A stretch of DNA of 63,001 nucleotides, the filler included, from Collodictyon triciliatum (taxonomy: Eukaryota): assembly GCA_043381765.1 (NCBI GenBank). It is 7 parts of 7 records of this genome, joined end to end, with 100 filler letters (N's around TTAATTAATTAA, not from the genome) between each part and the next. Parts side by side here need not be neighbours in the genome. Positions count along the whole stretch, not along the records: positions 1 to 8,929 come from JBHJMP010003232.1; positions 9,030 to 17,949 come from JBHJMP010003233.1; 5 more parts are not named here. One strand, 5' to 3'. The notes under the pieces are model-generated. The model was given only the letters and a program-made list of their open reading frames with translations, did no database searches and was not told where the DNA came from. The translations under genes and the position numbers were made by a program. This document shows, piece after piece, positions 1-13,700 of this stretch. Position 1 is the first letter of the stretch. Every line of letters begins with the position of its first letter.

Positions 1-135
1 AATAATAACAATAATAACAATAATAACAATAATAACAATAATAACAATAATAACAATAATAACAATAATAACAATAATAACAATAATAACAATAATAACA
101 ATAATAACAATAATAACAATATTAATAATAATAAC
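1..135. repeat. (AATAATAAC)n 9-mer tandem repeat
   Basis: Directly visible tandem array at the window start. Confidence 0.95.
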
Positions 136-387
136 AAAGACTGGATCAGTAGTGAGAGACCAGGTAGGCTCGTCTGTTTGTGGTTCATGGTATATTCTCT
201 CTAGGGATTATGCTTTGCATTCTGTCTTCCTTCCTTCCTTCCTCAATATTTTTATTTTGTTCCTTCTTGATGCCACTGTGTTCGGGAGCACCGAACGCTT
301 TTCTTCAAAAAATCATTCCAACAATCACCCAAATCAACGCCTCCAACTCGACACAGACTCACTCGAACGGGGCAGTCCGAGCGTGCA

Positions 388-3300
388 TCAGTTGGTCGGG
401 TTTGTCGTGAACTTGCGGATGTATTCGATGACTCGGATGAGTTTGGGGCAAATATAGCCAGCCAATGCATCACTGTTGCCATCAAATAGTTCGCGGTCAT
501 CGAGCCTGCCGATGGATTGCTGAGGTTTCTGCTCACGACCGTCCATCTTTGAGAACGTCACGGCCGGGTCCACATCCTTTTTGTTTTTGTGTAGTATCAC
601 GAATATATGTACAGCAAAAGAGTAAAAAAATAAAAATAAAAAAATATCAGAGCTTGTGAGAGTTATTCACAGTTTCATGCGGATTATGCTCGCTGATTTT
701 TTTTTGGTTTCTTTTACACTATGGCTGAAAATATGCAGATAATAAATTCTATTTCTTTTTTGTTGTCATATTGTTGCATATACCGGGCAGATACAATTTG
801 TTTTCTCCTAAACATATGTATTTTTCATTTTTTTTTTTACCGAGTCTTGGTTGGCAAATGTCATTTCTAAGAGGTAGTGTTCTTGAATAGCTCTGTTGCA
901 TCTCAATATCTGAGTGTAAGACAATTGTAAATTACGTATTAACAATATTCTTCCCACTAAATATAATTTCTTTTCTGTGGATTTATGTTGTATTGATATT
1001 CAAATTCTTTCGAAATATGAGCTATCCTTGAGGGAAAATGTAATGTTGCCATGTATTTCCCCAAACAAATCAACCTATACATTTGTAATAGTTTTTCAAG
1101 ATAGAACGGGTAAAGTTGCCCAACATACACATTTGCTCAGAGTCTGAGAGTTCCTTTCATATACGAAATATGGCTTGACTTGATCATAGTGTAGAATAAA
1201 GGCCACTTGGTCGTTATATTTCTGTATTGTAAAAAAAGCGACATAAAGGGTATGATTCTAAAATGCAAAATGGACTTAAAAATAAAATCAAAATGTTATT
1301 CAAACGTAGCAATATGTGCGCGTAGTATTGCCCATGGAAAATAGAGACACACGGATTTTCTGAGATACAATCAAAATGAAACTGCAATTCTGAGATGCAC
1401 ATACCGACATGTACTTGATACCATTAGAGAGCACTCTCAATAGTTTAACCGGATATTGCATAATCTCTATCATCTGAATCGCTTTTACTTCAGGAACCGT
1501 ATTCTGGATTGTAAACAAAATTAAAGTTCCACAACTCAAGGATTTAAAACTAGTACACCGAAAATGATGTAAAATTCAATACGCATATACTCAAATACCT
1601 GATAATATAATTATAATCGAAATGTTTTCTAACAAAACAATAGAAAGGAATCGGCATTACCGATTTTTTTACTTGGTTAACGTTTGTTTGGCAGTTACCT
1701 TTTTTAAAAATCCAGCAAAGTAATTTCTTTCCTCCTCGGTCCAAGCACAATTTGTATCTGCAACAATATTTGTTATTACTGACGTTACTCCTCTTCCTCT
1801 CATCATTTCTTCAATATTTTTCTTTTTGAGATACCATAGAAACGTCAATTTTTTTATATGCATTTACCTGCATCGATAGATATCTCAACGATTTTTGTTT
1901 CGGGTGGGCAAGATAAAAGGAAAGTGAATGTCTCGATCGTCATGCGATACGACTCAAACCCGGTTTGGGAAAATCTCGACTTTGTTTTTCAGCGGATTAA
2001 TATCGTGTGATATTTTGAAATATATTTAAAAAAACATATAAAAATAAGCAATTTGTGGACCGCACTCTGAGGCTGTCAGGAAGGGTGGATATGAAGGTCG
2101 TGATAAAATGAACAGTCGACATATACTGAAGTAGGGACGGGAGAATAGCCAAAAACTAAATAATTTAACAGATTTCAATAAGCGCATAAGCAAATGGATT
2201 TAGTCGGTCAAATATTCAAGTATATGATGTTAATGTTTCTTTTTTTAAATAAAATTATTCCTGAGAACTCTCATACTTTAGTGCTTGAAATCACTTCAAA
2301 TATACTTTCAGTGCGAGAACTCAGCCCGAATGCATCGTTATAAAAAGATCTTCGATAGAATAAAAAAGGGATGTGGTGTCAGACTAAGAGATACAAGTAT
2401 GACACATTCTCTATCAAAATATTAACAATATAGAAACGGTACAAATATTGGATTCTACCTACTACTCCTGTTTTGCAAGTTATATTTTGCCATAAATTGG
2501 GGTGATCTAATGCTCAGTTCTGAAAAATAATATGTCACTTAGGAAATATCTTGGAAAAATAAAAAGGGCGTTGTTAAATAATAAATAATTAACACAATAA
2601 TCAAATAAGAATGAAAAACATAAACAAATATGATTCAATCAGAAATGATTTAGTCCACTCACCATCAATCGAAATAAGGTTCGAATTGGCGAAACGGAAA
2701 TCAAAGAAGGGAAAGATACAAATTTTCGATATCAAAGGTTCAGATGATTGTCTATGAGGATATTGACACCTATTCAGAAAAAATTCTAGGAAAAACAACA
2801 AAATGCAGCTAGAGGTTCTCAAATAACAAAGATTTAATCATATGTCGCCATTTTCTATAAACCCATGCCTTGATAGCAAAGATATTCTGTAGGTGCTTAA
2901 AGACAAAGGAGTGATTGCGAACATCTTTTGTTGGTTTGATTGCAGGTCCTTTTCGACTTGCTTTATTACTTTATCGACTGATTGCACTATCTGGTATATA
3001 CAATTTTTTTTTCAGGAAATATATGAATTGTTTACTTGGAGGTGATACAATACTCGTTTTTTTTTTTAAGGGGTACAGACGCAAAGTTTCGGTCCGATGT
3101 CCTCTGGTGAAAGCGGGTTGTCTAGGAAATACTTTTGGTAACACGGGACAGGCCAAAATGTAGCGTTATACTTTGATGCTTGCAGTTTTAATGTCACATT
3201 CCGGTCCTGTATTAAAATATTAGGATAAAAGACATGAAAATACCATTTTAAATTTTGGTTATTTATTTATTCATTTATTGAGAAAAAAAAAAGCCACGGA

Positions 3301-6300
3301 TTCGATAAGCCTCAGTCGAATAACATCGGGTTCAACGTTGATGTATTGAATTGTTCCTTCCAAATTACCAATAAATACTATGGCCAGATAACATAAAAAA
3401 TTAACTGAACATGATAATTTTACATGAAAGATTATATTATAACAAAGAATAGAAAATAAAATAGAAAATAAAATAGAAAATACAATAGAAAATACAATAG
3501 AAAATACAATAGAAAATACAATAGAAAATACAATAGAAAATACAATAGAAAATACAATAGAAAATACAATAGAAAATACAATAGAAAATACAATAGAAAA
3601 TACAATAGAAAATACAATAGAAAATACAATAGAAAATACAATAGAAAATACAATAGAAAATACAATAGAAAATACAATAGAAAATACAATAGAAAATACA
3701 ATAGAAAATACAATAGAAAATAAAATAGAAAATAAAATACGAAACAAAAAAATACGAAACAAAAAAATACGAAACAAAAAAATACGAAACATAAAACAAA
3801 ATACGAAACAAAAAAATACGAAACAAAAAAATACGAAACAAAAAAATACGAAACAAAAAAAATACGAAACAAAAAAAATACGAAACAAAAAAAAATACGA
3901 AACAAAAAAATACGAAACAAAAAAATACGAAACAAAAAAATACGAAACAAAAAAAATACGAAACAAAAAAAATACGAAACAAAAAAAATACGAAACAAAA
4001 AAATAAGAAACAAAAAAATACGAAACAAAAAACAAAACAAAACATCATTGAAGCTTGGTTAACCTTTTTCGATTGATTGGATACCACGAATGAGAAAATC
4101 AAAGCACCGCAAGTCTTGAATGAATTTCTGCTTCTCAGCCAAGGAAAGGTGCGAGTACTTCATCAAGATTCCATTATGAGATAAATCAATATGGCTATTT
4201 GTTTCTAAAATAAAATATCCAACAAGTAATTAATATTAAAAGGGCGACTCATCTAACAATCGCAATATGTAGGGGTTATATTTGATTGATTGAAATTAAG
4301 ATAATTCATAAACTTGTCAATATGGCCATAGCAGGTCTGGTTACTGTAGGGATGATAACCTTTATGAAATCGTTTAAATATTGATTAAAGTAGCAATACA
4401 AAGACGTTTTTTTTTTTTCAGATTATGAACGAGCCTTGTAATCAGACAAACCTCCCATGAAGAATCTGTATTTATAGTCAGTGTTGTTCCCTTTAATTCT
4501 TGGAAAGAGTTACCATGGGCCGACAAAACAAAATAGTTTGAGCCGTAATCTTTCAAAGAGATCCCGACATCCATACAACATCTCTCCAAAACAGTGCGCG
4601 TGATGGCAAATCTGAAAAGGGTGGTTAAATTAATGATGATATTTTTTCTTGTGATGATTTTACACTGTTCTTACCAACCTTAGCTTTCCTATATTATCAT
4701 CAACTAGACGTATCCAGTGAGGCTTCGCTTGTGAGTCCTCAACAAGCCTTCTCTTTTTTAAAAGGCTTCCTGACCGATTCCTGAGCATATTTCCCAATAG
4801 AATCATAATTTTTTTTTAATATAAAACATAAGAATAAGAAAATCATCGAACCAAAACTTCATTAAAAACTAAAATGTGCATAAAATTGATAAACCAGGTT
4901 TGATAAAAAGTAAACATAGTTTGGAAGTCAATAGTCGAAAAAAATCTAGCATCATTCCTTGCATAGAAATTCCCTTCTTCATTCCTACAACAAAAAAATG
5001 ATAAAAAGATAAAGAAAAAAGTAAAATTTAAACGCGAGAATATAAAGACGCCTTAGTCAAATCTAGAGTAATTACTTTTTATTTTTCTTTTTTCTAAAAA
5101 ATAGAATATACCATTTTACAACAAAAACATCAGTGCATGGGGTCAGTTCCCTGCTGAGATGAAGTAGAATGATAATACAATCACCCGGATGGGCAGAGTG
5201 TGAGAAATCTGCAAAATATTTATGTCCTTAGTATTTTGATAATTAACGGATAATAGTAACATATAAATGAAATACCTGTATTATATGCGAACACTGTTTT
5301 CGGTTTTGGTGTCGTTCGACCAGTTGGATACTTGAATTCTTTGGGAAACATGTCGCATGAATTAAGACGACCAGAATTCTTCAAATGAACAAAGAGACAT
5401 TAGGATGCAGTTGAATTGTAAAACAATTACCAAAATTCAAAGCATCTAGACATCTGTACCCTTGAGTTTCAAAAACCAGAGCCAAATTCTTAAGAATTCC
5501 CTATAATTTGGAAAATCCGTTAAATAGATCAGAAAGATTCCATATTTATTCCCAGAGCCAAGTATACTACCTGCTGCACTAAGTTATAGACAGTTTCTTC
5601 ACAAAAAGTGCTTGTCTGAAAAATACTATTCCAGTTATCTTCATCTACGAGCGAAAAAAAAGTTTCAAAAAATAATATCCAAGATAGCATCAAATCAATC
5701 TCTATGCCTTCTTGAATCATTTTAAAATGGAGACCATTTCTTGAAAATCCAGAGGCTTTGATCAAAAAAGCTTTTCCAGTTACTGGGTCGATAGCAAGTT
5801 CGAGCAAAAACCCGTCGGCTGAGAACGCCAACACAGGGTATTCTGATTCGTACATTTTTGGAGTAGAATTACAAATAATAATAAATTAATTGAAAATACG
5901 AAAATTGATAAAGGATTTGTTGCTCTCACATCTACCCTCGTATTCTTACTAGAAACAAAAAGAATATTCCAAGTGGTTCTTACCCATAAGATGGGTCAGT
6001 ACTGTCAAATATTGTCCCATAACTTCATACTTCTGTTTCATAAATTGAAAAATCCAAATTGATTACACATTAAAGTTTTTTTTTTTTACACCAACAGCAA
6101 CAGCAAAGCATTGACTGATTATTTATGTTAAAAATATCTTACCAGAGCTAAACCATCACGAATCGATGTTAAAACAGATTCTGCATAAGCATATTTTACG
6201 ACAAAAAACACTTCACTGAAGTTAACAACTTTTTGTGATGACTAAAACAAAATAAACTAAAATTAACCAAAACACATTAAATCATAATAAAAGAGCGAAA

Positions 6301-8724
6301 TGAATAAATTTAGAATTAAAAAGTATGGCTACTTAAAGATGTAATGATGAAAATAAATATATGACACACAAACTACACCAGATATTATTGAAATAAAAAT
6401 TACGATGGATTTTTGAATATTTTTCTCTGATTTCGATGAAAGCCTTGGGGTATGGACACAGGCAACACAATTATCGACAATTTTTAAAGAGAAGCCTAAT
6501 GTTGCAGTGAGATGCGAAGCGTAGGGTAAATAAATTTATGAATATGGGTACTAACATATAATTGCGACAAATTTAAATCTTATATTTTCATTTAATTACT
6601 GGGAAATGTTTCTGATCTGTCACTCAACGTAGATACAGAACTACTTTTTTTTGGTGATAAATAGGGTAATCATTAATGATTATTTTAAAATGAATTTATA
6701 ATCTATCCTTTATCTTAATGTGATTGCAAAATACCAAAGGAAAAAAAAAACACAAGGTCAAATTGAAATACCTCCAATACTGAAAATCGATTCTTAACTT
6801 GTCCTGTCCCTTTGTTAAAGAATTACCTGATGGATACCTATCGCCACAACAAACTTCTTTTCTCAGGAGACATTCATTTTTTTTTGGAAAAATATGAGAA
6901 CATTCAAGCCTTCATAAAAAAAAATTCATATAAAAATACGAACGTTTTGACATAAAGAAAAGCTTGATCCTTAAGCGATTGGAGTCGAATGGTTTCTGTG
7001 GCTTCATTTGTGTTGATGTAGGTGAAATATCATATTATAGTTTTTTTTTCCAGCAATAATAACAACAAAAAAAATAATAAAGAAAAATCTTTGAATAGAG
7101 GTGGATATTGCAAAGTAGATAAATGCTCATCAGTTGGTCTTCTTCCATAGAAGTATTTGGAAAAAGTCCTATCCACTGAAGTTCCTCTGAAAGAGGGAAT
7201 ATGTCCTCTGTTTCATTGAAATGAAAATTTCAAAATGACTTTGCGAAAAAAAAAAAGCAGCTACAATCTTGCACAATAGAATAATCAGTCAACTGTATGT
7301 GTTCGTTACCTTCAAAAGCAAGAATATGCGGCCTGAATCCAACAATTTTCCAGTAGAGTTTATACCTGTGGTCATCCATCAAAGCAAGAATATCTTGCTC
7401 TGGTTCCTCATCTGTTGGGATTGAAAGCGGAACAAGCGTTATCGTGACCTGGCAGTTCGATATCATTTAATGTAGTGTTATTTATGGCAGCCTTTGGATA
7501 TCGATTCAGATACAAACTTGAATACCTAGTAATTAATGTAATAAAACTGTGATGCAACGTTATTTTATGTGAACTTACATCAAAGGAGTCGTATTTCAAA
7601 ATGGCTACATTCGAATCTATGCAGCAAAAATATTTTCAGAATTCATTTTCTTTTTAAAAGAATTGACCAATCAGCTTTGAATCAAATAAAGAAAAAAAAA
7701 AGAGAGAAAGAAAGAGGTTGGCCAATCAAGAATGTTTCTTTGAAAAATCAATATACTAAAGTGAATGCTCCTTGTGAACGAAGGGATTTTTGAATTAAGC
7801 AATTTAGTCTTAATAATCCTAGCAAGCTTAATATTATAGTCCTGGTCAGTGTCGATTACATGAAACCCGTCAACCTTTTCATTCTCTTCCTGCGAGGGTG
7901 GCAAAGTATCCAATGAGGGATGATTTTTTTTGTATATAAGAGAGTACCCTATATATTTCTGATACGCTAGACATACATTCTCTCTGGAAATGAGAGGGCT
8001 TATTCTTATAGAGACATGCAATGCATCATATATGAGAAATTTGAAGTACCATGGCTGGGTAAAATGGCAATCTGAAGTAACTACCAGTAACGAGCACATC
8101 CACGGCTGTAAGAATGTCAAATCGTGGAATCCTATTTCAATCAACAGATTTTATTTCAGCAATATTCATTGTGAGGGCAATGTTCGATGAAAATGAATTC
8201 ACAAGCTCAAGCATAAAACTAAAGCAAAGATAACATAAGCCAAATCCAAAAGCAAAAGTAAAAACAAAAACGAAAATTTAAAATAAAAGCAAAAAATAGT
8301 GGACACGTACGCATATTCTTTCATTTCTGTTTGGGCACCGTGGATTGAGGCAGCGGTGTTGTAAAACGAATTACTTTGGTCACTGAGTTTAGTTTTTACT
8401 TCATCTATGATTAAGTTCTTGTGTCCCCATATGGAACAAATGGTTTTATACTTAGTTGCGCTTAAGTAATGACGTTATCAAATTTCAAATAAATAATAAA
8501 ATTAAATAGATGGTTATAAAGGAAGGCCCAAAAATAATCAAAATAAAACAAGATGTACCAAGATGAAAAAAAAATATGAGAACGAGCAAACCAGGTCTTG
8601 CGTGTAGGTTGGAAGAGAGGCCGCCCACCGTACAAGTACAAGCAAGCGAATAAACTGCTCTTTAGACTTTTCTGCAAATTTTTTTAAAATGCTCCTTTTC
8701 TTCGAGTCACGCTGCATTTCTGCC
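388..8724 (-). CDS. MED14: Mediator complex subunit 14 (Rgr1), multi-exon, 5'-partial
   Basis: Spliced exons give KKFAEKSKEQFIRLLVLVRWAA...IPRFDILTAVDVLVTGSYFRLP, matching the Med14 N-terminal pattern (RQLFVRLLALVKWA...[22 protein letters not shown]). About 30 exons join in frame down to TGA at 388-390. The start exon lies beyond the contig edge. The C-terminal exon chain is less certain. Confidence 0.88.
3445..4040. repeat. Composite intronic minisatellite: (AATAGAAAATAC)n 12-mer followed by a ~17-19-mer AATACGAAACAAAAA(A) array
   Basis: Directly visible. It lies inside a MED14 intron and produces spurious ORFs. Confidence 0.95.
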
Positions 8725-8831
8725 CTGATTTTTTTTTGGAAATAATCACTTAAATATTTATACAAGATGCGAAATTAGAACCAAAGACGTATGATAATAG
8801 AGGCTTATTTAGAAGCTTGATATTCAAGGAG

Positions 8832-8929
8832 AAAGAAAAAGAAAAAGAAAAAGAAAAAGAAAAAGAAAAAGAAAAAGAAAAAGAAAAAGAAAAAGAAAAA
8901 GAAAAAGAAAAAGAAAAAGAAAAAGAAAA
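8832..8929. repeat. (GAAAAA)n microsatellite at contig end
   Basis: Directly visible. Confidence 0.95.
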
Positions 8930-9029
8930 NNNNNNNNNNNNNNNNNNNNNNNNNNNNNNNNNNNNNNNNNNNNTTAATTAATTAANNNNNNNNNNNNNNN
9001 NNNNNNNNNNNNNNNNNNNNNNNNNNNNN
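8930..9029. other. Artificial contig linker (N44-TTAATTAATTAA-N44)
   Basis: 100-nt spacer with stops in all six frames; identical at six places in the window. Confidence 0.98.
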
Positions 9030-9347
9030 TGGGCGGCGGCGGGCTTTGTTTGTGTCCGCTGTGGGGCGGCGTTGGGTGCGGCTTTGCCTGTGAGTGTGCC
9101 TGCCGAGTTGGAGGGCACGTTTGGGTCTTTGTCCGCAGTGGAAGGGGAGCCTCTTGTGGAGTCTTTGGAGTTGGCGGGGGGTTTTGCCTGGGTTTGTGTG
9201 TGCGCTGACTCTGGATTCGGCGCGAGCTGTGATGTGGCTTCGCCTTTGTTGTGGCGCAGCGTCCAAATGTGGATGTGAGGGCGGAGAGGGCTGTGGGGAC
9301 GCGGTGTGCGTCGTCGGAGTCGAAGGAGACGAGGGCTTGGTCGCCAT
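9030..9347 (-). CDS. Hypothetical protein, N-terminal fragment (Pro/Ser/Thr/Arg-rich), cut by the contig edge
   Basis: GC-rich open frame from ATG 9347 (MATKPSSPSTP...) running into the gap. No recognisable domain. Confidence 0.4.
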
Positions 9348-10735
9348 CCGTGTGGTTTTCGTGCAAAACCAAAGGGCTACGCACGAAAGTATTTTTTTTT
9401 TAAAAAAAACCTGGTTGCGCCCCATTGCTTTTTATATAAATATATATACCGGCGCAACAAAGTACATAAATTCTGTTCCGAGGGTTCACAGCTTCATAAG
9501 ACAATTCAAAAAAACCACACATATATTGGCAGCCTCTAGACAAAATATTACCCCCGTTATAAAATATAGCACATCAGCTCGGTTCCGAGCCTTCACACTC
9601 CTATAAGGCACCGCACAAAAAAAATCGACACTTTAAATTGAGCTACCTTGGCAAGAGATGAGAACATTGTCCCAAAGGCGCCACCATCACCAAGGCATGG
9701 AAACAAGCAACCTTCTTTCCCAAACTCATCTAATTTCCATATATTTATACGTATAATATGAACCATCGAAATCTATTAAAATGAACAAATATAATCAACT
9801 CTATTTCCAGTAAACTTTTTAAACTTGGCTGGATTGGTGGAAGACTTACAGTATCACACAAATTCAAAGACAATATATTCTCACTAGACTATGTGTTTCA
9901 TATTTTAACACCCAAAAGTACATGTCCATGTTTTGCAGATATCCTATGTAAACCAAAATTATGTTGTCAATTTTTCCAACGCCAATTGCTTTAAAAGTAT
10001 ACTATTTCAATCTATCAATATGATGAGTATATGAGCTTATCACTTACACAAAGTTAGATGCACAATTTTTCATCATTTCATATGTATATTTATTAAATTA
10101 TATTTTTGTTTGTAAACAAGTAGAGAACACTTCTGTGTAGAAAAAATAAAATCAACATTCTTGAAAATTTCATTTAATATTTTGTTTCGATTTCGTTTTA
10201 CTAGACATGAAATTAGTATAACTGAAATTAGTAGACTTTTTTTTTTTAAAAAAACTTTAATTAATCTCACGATTACGTGAATGCATAAATTTCAATAATC
10301 AAATTCCACTCCATAATGAACCTTGACACTAAATTAAAGTTATACCAGTATTTTTTTTTTAAAATTATAATAATATGTTTTAAATCACAATACCTAACCA
10401 CATTATTGCTTTTAATTTGATGATAACATGTAATTGAGGGCATAATTGTATTTTGGTATAAAAAATTTACTGTATCAAATTTTAAATATTTTTAGATTCT
10501 AAAAAGGAAGAAATTATCTAGATGTTCATGATTTTCATTATGTTGAAATTTTATTTCATATTTTATAATTTTACAACGTAAATTACCACTTAATCAAAAA
10601 ATTCGATTTTAATTGTTAATAAAATTTTCTTATAAATATGATACCAATAATTTTTCTTTTCAGCTTATACATCAGATATCTTTGACAATTTAATTTCTAT
10701 TTCATTACATTTTAAGCAAAATATTATCATCTAGC

Positions 10736-13700
10736 ATGACATCGATTTCAAAGTCAAATATTACCTTCCTTCTGTTAGGTTTGTTGAATATTTGATATTT
10801 TACTTTAATGTGTAGCCTACATTTTTTTATTTTTGATTCGAATAAACCAAAAAAATGGCTAATTTTTTTTATAGGACTCATTACCTGCGGCCAGATTTAC
10901 GACATTAATTGTCAAAGCTTTCTACTTCTAACATTGAGAGGACATTCTAGTATAATTGATGGTGTTGTTACCACTCCTGACGGTTCAAAAGTAGTTTCTG
11001 GATGTAGGGATAGAACTGTAAAAATTTGGGACATCTCAAATGGAAGTTTAATTCGAACATTAGCTGGTCATACTGGTTCTGTCTACTGTGTTGCCGTTAC
11101 CCCCGATAGCTCAAAAGTCCTTTCCGGAAGTGATTTTAGTGATAGGACAATCAAAATTTGGAATATATCCGATGGAACCTTGATTCGCACGTTAATTGGA
11201 CATACTCACTATATTTTCAGTGTTATTGTAACACCTGATGGATCAAAAATTGTATCGGGAGGAAGCGGCGATAACACAATTAAGATCTGGAATCTATCTG
11301 ATGGAACTTTGATTCGCTCACTGACGGGACATAATGGTCATATTCACAGTGTAGCCGTAACACCTGATGGCTCAAAAATTGTATCTGGAAGCTGGGATGA
11401 CTCGGTAAAGATTTGGAACTTTTCTGATGGAACTTTGATTCGCACGCTGACGAATCACACCAACGATGTCTACAGTGTTGCTGTTAATCCTGATGGCTCA
11501 AAAATCATTTCTGGAAGTCTTGATAATACAGTAAAGGTTTGGAATTTTTCTGACGGAACTTTGATCAGAACTTTGACTGGCCACGCTGATGATGTTTTCA
11601 GTGTTACTTTTACTCCTGATGGCTCAAAAATTGTATCTGGAAGCTGGGATGATACAGTAAAGATTTGGAATTTTTCTGACGGAACTTTGTTTCGAACCTT
11701 GACTGGCCACGCTGGTAATGTTTATAGTGTTTCAGTGACTTTAGATGGTTCGAAAATTGTTTCAGGAAGTGGAGATTCAACTGTAAAAATTTGGGGGCTT
11801 TGCACTGCGGGTTACTTTTATGATTTGGTATCAAACTCATGCCAAACATGTTTATCAGGTAGCTATAGTGATGCTGGAAGTGCATCTTGCTCCTTATGTC
11901 CTGTGGGGACATACAACCCATCCACGGGCTCTACAAGTATCGATTCTTGCCTTCCATGTGATTCGGGGACATACAACCCATCTACAGGTCAAGAGTCGTG
12001 TATTCCTTGTGATGCAGGAACATATAACCCATCTACAGGCAAAGAGTTGTGTACTTCTTGTGAGGTGGGGACATACAACCCATCCACGGGCTCTACAAGT
12101 ATCGATTCTTGCCTTCCATGTGATTCGGGAACATACAACCCATCAAGAGGTCAAGAGTCGTGTATTCCTTGTGAAGTGGGAACATACAGCTCATCAACAG
12201 GTCAAGAGTCGTGTATTCCTTGTGAAGCGGGAACATACAACCCATCAAGAGGTCAAGAGTCGTGTATTCTTTGTGAAGTGGGGACGTACAGCTCATCAAC
12301 AGGTCAAGAGTTGTGTATTCCTTGTGAAGTGGGAACATATAACCCATCAAGAGGTCAAGAGTCGTGTATTCCTTGTGAAGTGGGGACATACAACCCATCA
12401 ACAGGCTCTATAAGTATCGAAGCTTGCCTTTTTTGTGAATCGGGGACATACAATCCATCAAAAAGCCAGTCTGAATGTCAATTATGTGACCCTGGGACAT
12501 ACAACCCGTCGATCGGCCAAACGATATGCAAACAATGCGAACCAGGAACTTACAACCCCGAAACTGGTCAAATTGAGTGCATTTCATGCAGCAGTGGATG
12601 GAACGGAGATAAAATAGGATCAAAAACCATTAATGACTGCTTATGTACTCCTTCAACCTATTTGGAACCTAGTTCCAGACAGTGCAAAGATTGCCCAGTT
12701 GGATTTATTTGTAACGGAAGTAGCCATCTAAAGGTACAACCCGGATATTGGAAAGCTCCAAGCCCCAGCAAGGTGTACATAGCATATAAATGTTTGAATG
12801 AAGACGCTTGTATTGGAGGAAACAACACTTGTGCCGATGGATACACTGGTGTCTTGTGTGGAGTGTGTGAAAAAGGATACGGAAAAACAGGTTCTTACTT
12901 TTGTACGAAGTGCACTTCAAAGGGTGCCAACGGATTCTTAGTCTTTTTAAGCATCATACTTCCCCTGGCATTTATCATTTACATGATAGAGCAATCCAGA
13001 CAACCGAAAACAGAGAGTATTCAAATACTAAAGACACTTGCAACTCATTTTCAGATTTTGTCTTATTTGGGTAATCTAAATCTTAATTGGAGCTCTGAAT
13101 TGATATCGATAATGAAAATCCCAGCCCTGTTTTCCTTTACACTCTCCATAGACAGCTACACATCCGATTGTCAATTTGAAATGTCTATCTACGATAAATT
13201 GCTTTACTCCATGGTGACACCACTTGTTTTGATTTTAATTGTATTTTTTATAATTTTTATCAAAATAGTGTGGAAATTGAAGACGAATGAGGTTAAAAGG
13301 TCGGATGTTAAGTTAAACAAATTGAACCAAGAATTCTCATACTCCATTCTTGTGATGCTATTTTTCGTCCACCCTACTATCACTTCCACAATATCTAGTA
13401 TCTTCGGGTGCGAAGAGTTGGGAGAAGACAGTTACCTGAGAGCCGACATGAGAATCAGCTGCGATGATGCTAGTTACCTTACATGGAAAAATGTTTCCTT
13501 GGCCTATGTGACAATCTATTGTTTTGGTGGTCCTCTCATTCTTGCAGCATACATGTTTTTAAAGAGATTATCTTTAGTTAACACCAAATCCAAAACATAT
13601 AATCTCCTCAGATTCTTAGTGGATGGTTACACAGAAAAATGCTTTTATTGGGAAATAGTCACCATGATGCAAAAATTACTAATTGTTGTTATCAGTGGAT

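Noticed and set aside
3445-4040. CRISPR-like or telomeric array
   Set aside because: There are no unique spacers or cas genes, the context is a eukaryotic intron, and the units are not G-rich telomere type.
3271-4102. Long F/V/S/Y-rich ORFs in three frames
   Set aside because: Translations of a stop-free intronic minisatellite; only the short flanking MED14 exons are coding.
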